This document shows, piece after piece, positions 60,560 to 64,000 of a stretch of DNA of 64,000 nucleotides. Position numbers and translations under genes: made by a program. Source of the stretch: Eledone cirrhosa (lineage: Eukaryota); contig OZ024742.1 in the NCBI GenBank assembly GCA_964016885.1, forward strand, positions 268,460,001 through 268,524,000, written 5' to 3'. A model generated the notes under the pieces. That model was not told the origin of the DNA and made no database searches. It worked only from the letters and a program-made list of their open reading frames with translations. Position 1 is the stretch's first letter. Every line of letters starts with the position of its first letter.

Positions 60560-61735
60560 TTTTTAATAATACACTATACTAACGGGCATCTTCTTTATTT
60601 GCTACTAAATCCGTATATGGTGAAGGAAGTGTGTAAATAACGTGTATGATGTTTATGCTTTCCATTAATGATACGATTGAGGTGAAGTGTGATCACTTCA
60701 AAGGAATATAGATATACATACTCTGAGAATATTTCATGTTGTTGATAGCTTACATCCTGTTTCACGATGCTTGGAACTTTACTAACTAGAATGAAAATTT
60801 GGATGTTTGAACCAGCCCACAAATAACCCAAATATAACACAAATATTCCTTCAAAGGAAGCAGATGCGCGTATTTTGAAATATAGTCCTTGGAGAAAAGT
60901 GCCCTAAGGAATAATGAGATATTAACATCTGGAATGCCTTGGATAATAAGCTTTTTTTAATACCATATTTCATACAATTTCGCGATGCGGGGGCAAAACA
61001 CGATGGTCTGGCGGTAATAGATGAAGGGTGTGATCTACGCCTTCACCTCTGCCATCCGACATGTCAAGGATAGCTTCATTTCGACATATATTTGGGTAAA
61101 TAAAGCAACTTTGATCGTTACCTGGTCCCAGTATTCATCCATCTGGACATCTCGCCCTAAGCCGGCCCCGAACAACTTCGTTGTTCTGTCCGCACCGCAT
61201 CCAACGGTGCTGTTTAACGTCATGTATTTGTCTCTCCATGTGCCGAGCTGCAAACTCACCGATTTTCGGGTTGATATATGCAACCTCCAAACTTGATTTC
61301 CGAGATGTTCAACGCCATCACAGTGACATCGTCAGGGTATGCCGGCGCGGTCTTTTCACGCCCCGGTTCGAGCGAGATGCCCTCAACATAAATGAAGAAG
61401 GCATCCTTGATGGACAGAGTACGTGATCTAACATTGTTCCGATGGGTGATTGTTGACAAATACCAACGACTAAAGATCCGCTGTGCTGTGCAGGGATACA
61501 TCCTCTGAAGTTAGGACTTAAGCCAGTTACTATGATGATGGTCGATCCTATAGAAAGTGACAGATTGATCCAAATTGATCAAAGCCCCACCGAAAACTTT
61601 TTTATTGCCTACACTTTCTGTGATGTATTTCATGAGATTGAGGTTGTTGCGTATGGATATGGTTGTTATTACGCATCTATGCGAGTCCCCTACCAGGCTT
61701 TGATGTTAAGCCCAGCCTTGCTGATAGCACCTTGA
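60560..61735 (-). pseudogene. Tx1/L1-clade RT remnant
   Basis: GALINLDQS..RIDH, AYPDDVTV (YADD) and LQLGTWRDK motifs. Confidence 0.75.
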
Positions 61736-61973
61736 CCAACATCTTACACTTTATATTCAGCAGCATTACAGGCCTGAGGTTTATCTAAAATTACACTATT
61801 TTTCTAGTATTTCCTCATCAACGTTACTACGCAACGACTCGAACAACTGGGAAGTCTCCCGTTCTGGAGCCAGTTGCAGTACGCGGCTTCAAGGAGGTCG
61901 GGGAACAAGTGAGGCATATCTACGAACAACTCATATAACATACCATCCAAACTGGGCCGTTCACTCTCCTTAG

Positions 61974-62090
61974 AAAGAAGAAGAAGAAGAAGAAGAAGAA
62001 GAAGAAGAAGAAGAAGAAGAAGAAGAAGAAGAAGAAGAAGAAGAAGAAGAAGAAGAAGAAGAAGAAGAAGAAGAAGAAGAAGAAGAAGAA
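61974..62090. repeat. (GAA)n microsatellite
   Basis: Directly visible. Confidence 0.97.
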
Positions 62091-62229
62091 ATTAGACTGA
62101 GGTATGAAATACATAATTCTCTCCTGCGATATGTGGCATGAGTTTATTTATTAAACGGAGAAAAGATGATTTGGAAAGTATTGATAGGGAAACTACAAAA
62201 TGAATGACAGTGCATAACGTACTCCACGC

Positions 62230-63100
62230 AAAGAGTCATGTACCAAGAATTTATATTGAAAGAAAGAATGGAGGTAGTGGATTAATGTAAAAATGATGTC
62301 AAAGGCGAAGAGAACAACCAAGCTTGGTTCCTTAAAATGTTAGGGATAACATCCTGTCAAAAGTGAGAGTGCATGACTTACTGAAATATACTGATGTAGT
62401 AGCACCTAATAGATGCAAAAAGAGCGTTGAAAAGGAATTTGAAAAGGAATGGAATGGTATATGTATGCATGGTCAGTACACTAGAAATAACGTAATGCAT
62501 GTTGGAGGCTTAAAAATGGCAATCTGAAAGGGTGCACGAAATCTCTACGGTGCAGCACCCAGATGCAGAATCTTCGAATTAACTACAATAAACGTTATGT
62601 TGATAAAGTCCCCACTTAAGCAAACATGTTTAGTTGGCGCAGTGAGAAAACAAAATACGGCATGATAATATTGCCGCATATATCCACAGGATAATATCTG
62701 AGAAATGGATTGTCAAAGCACATACATGGTATGAGTAGAGACTAGAAGAGGTGTTAGAGTATGACGGGTTTAAGATTCTGTTGCTAAATGATTTAGGCAA
62801 GCAGGTGAGACATTTAATTTTGAACAAGAAAAAAGAAGAGGCAAAACTATCGATATATCTGCCCCAGGAAATAATAGCGTGGCGGATAAAAAGAATGAAA
62901 AGTTGGAGAAGTATGAGCCACTGAAGGAGTGTTTTGGAATTTGTGAGGAATGGTTATATGGTTAATCGGAGCTCTGGAATGCTCATCTGAGAGTTTTGAA
63001 GAATGTGTAAATAGATTCGAAATTGATACAAGATTACAGGTCCTGCAAAATATAGAAGTTCTTGGTACAACAACATTTTAAGATAAGTCTTGTTTATGTA
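62230..63100 (+). pseudogene. Highly decayed R4/Dong-like 3' remnant
   Basis: MHGQY, LKNGNLK, EKLEKYEPL, IGALG and LLGT-like motifs in broken frames. Confidence 0.55.
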
Positions 63101-63935
63101 AGATACAGGAGAGAATCTAGTGGGGAACATTTGTCAACATGTTGACTGCACCCTAACTGAAATATCTAGATCGTTTAAAATCTAAGTGTTTGAGAGTTCC
63201 AAAAATGAATCTTTATAATAAGAACAACATTAAGATGTTTAGATATTGTTTTTCTGTTATATGATATATGTAATATATTATGTAGACTTATTGGAGACAG
63301 AAAATAATGCGCACTGAAACATTATATAGATGCCTCCCTCCAATGTTACAGAAAAAATATTGTTGATACTTCAATGAAAATAGTATTAATATTGCTGAGG
63401 TAACTAGACGAAAAAGCAATATGTCGATGACGGATATTTTGATCTATTAACATTAAAAAAGAAACTGTCATCGTTTATATTAGTATCTTACCAAATATAT
63501 ATTTGGTCTTGTGTAATGGAGACGTTTTTTCTTCAACTTGAAGTATATTTCATACAAACACTCGAAGACAGAAACAGTAATATATGATTTTACTTCATCT
63601 CTTCTTAGACGACTGAGTACATTTTCTTGCATTTTTCCCAAAGATGACATTTTATATTGACTATTGTAAAAGTAGTGACATACTGTTTGAAACTACTCAG
63701 CATTGAATGTTAGGTTAGCTGTTTTCCCCATTGCAGATCAGACAAAGCACACGTGTGATTGAATGTATTCCAGTCGCGCCTTTGACGTAATGATGTTTCA
63801 CATCTTAAACTTGATTAATAACTTGTAAAATTTAAAAATTATTATTATTCCAATGAATTTGTAGTTGTTTCTGTTTTTTTCTCTGATGTTTACTTGTTTT
63901 GAATACATTTATATATCTCTCTCTCTCTCTCTCTC

Positions 63936-64000
<65 letters not shown>

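Overview
AT-rich, microsatellite-dense animal genomic DNA. The SINE and Tx1 families resemble those I recognise from octopus/cephalopods (inference). I find no intact host protein-coding gene. The window is mostly decayed transposons: RTE, Tx1/L1, R4/Dong-like and CRE-like LINEs, several Penelope-like (RT + GIY-YIG) elements, a Helitron Rep/helicase relic, non-autonomous Helitrons and SINEs, plus a 28S rRNA 3' pseudogene. The main signal is a set of unrelated short non-coding elements inserted in (TA)n tracts. They occur as tandem or tandem-plus-inverted copies and carry type I hammerhead ribozymes with palindromic stem III. Examples are a 10.6-copy 310-bp array (4578-7855), a terminally redundant ~686-bp monomer (21916-22631) and a 530-bp inverted dimer (54041-55189). 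These look like (TA)n-targeted retrozymes mobilised by Penelope-like elements. One Penelope-like insertion also appears to carry a 28S rRNA 3' end plus spacer between inverted copies (24575-30592). All folds were read by eye and none were computed.
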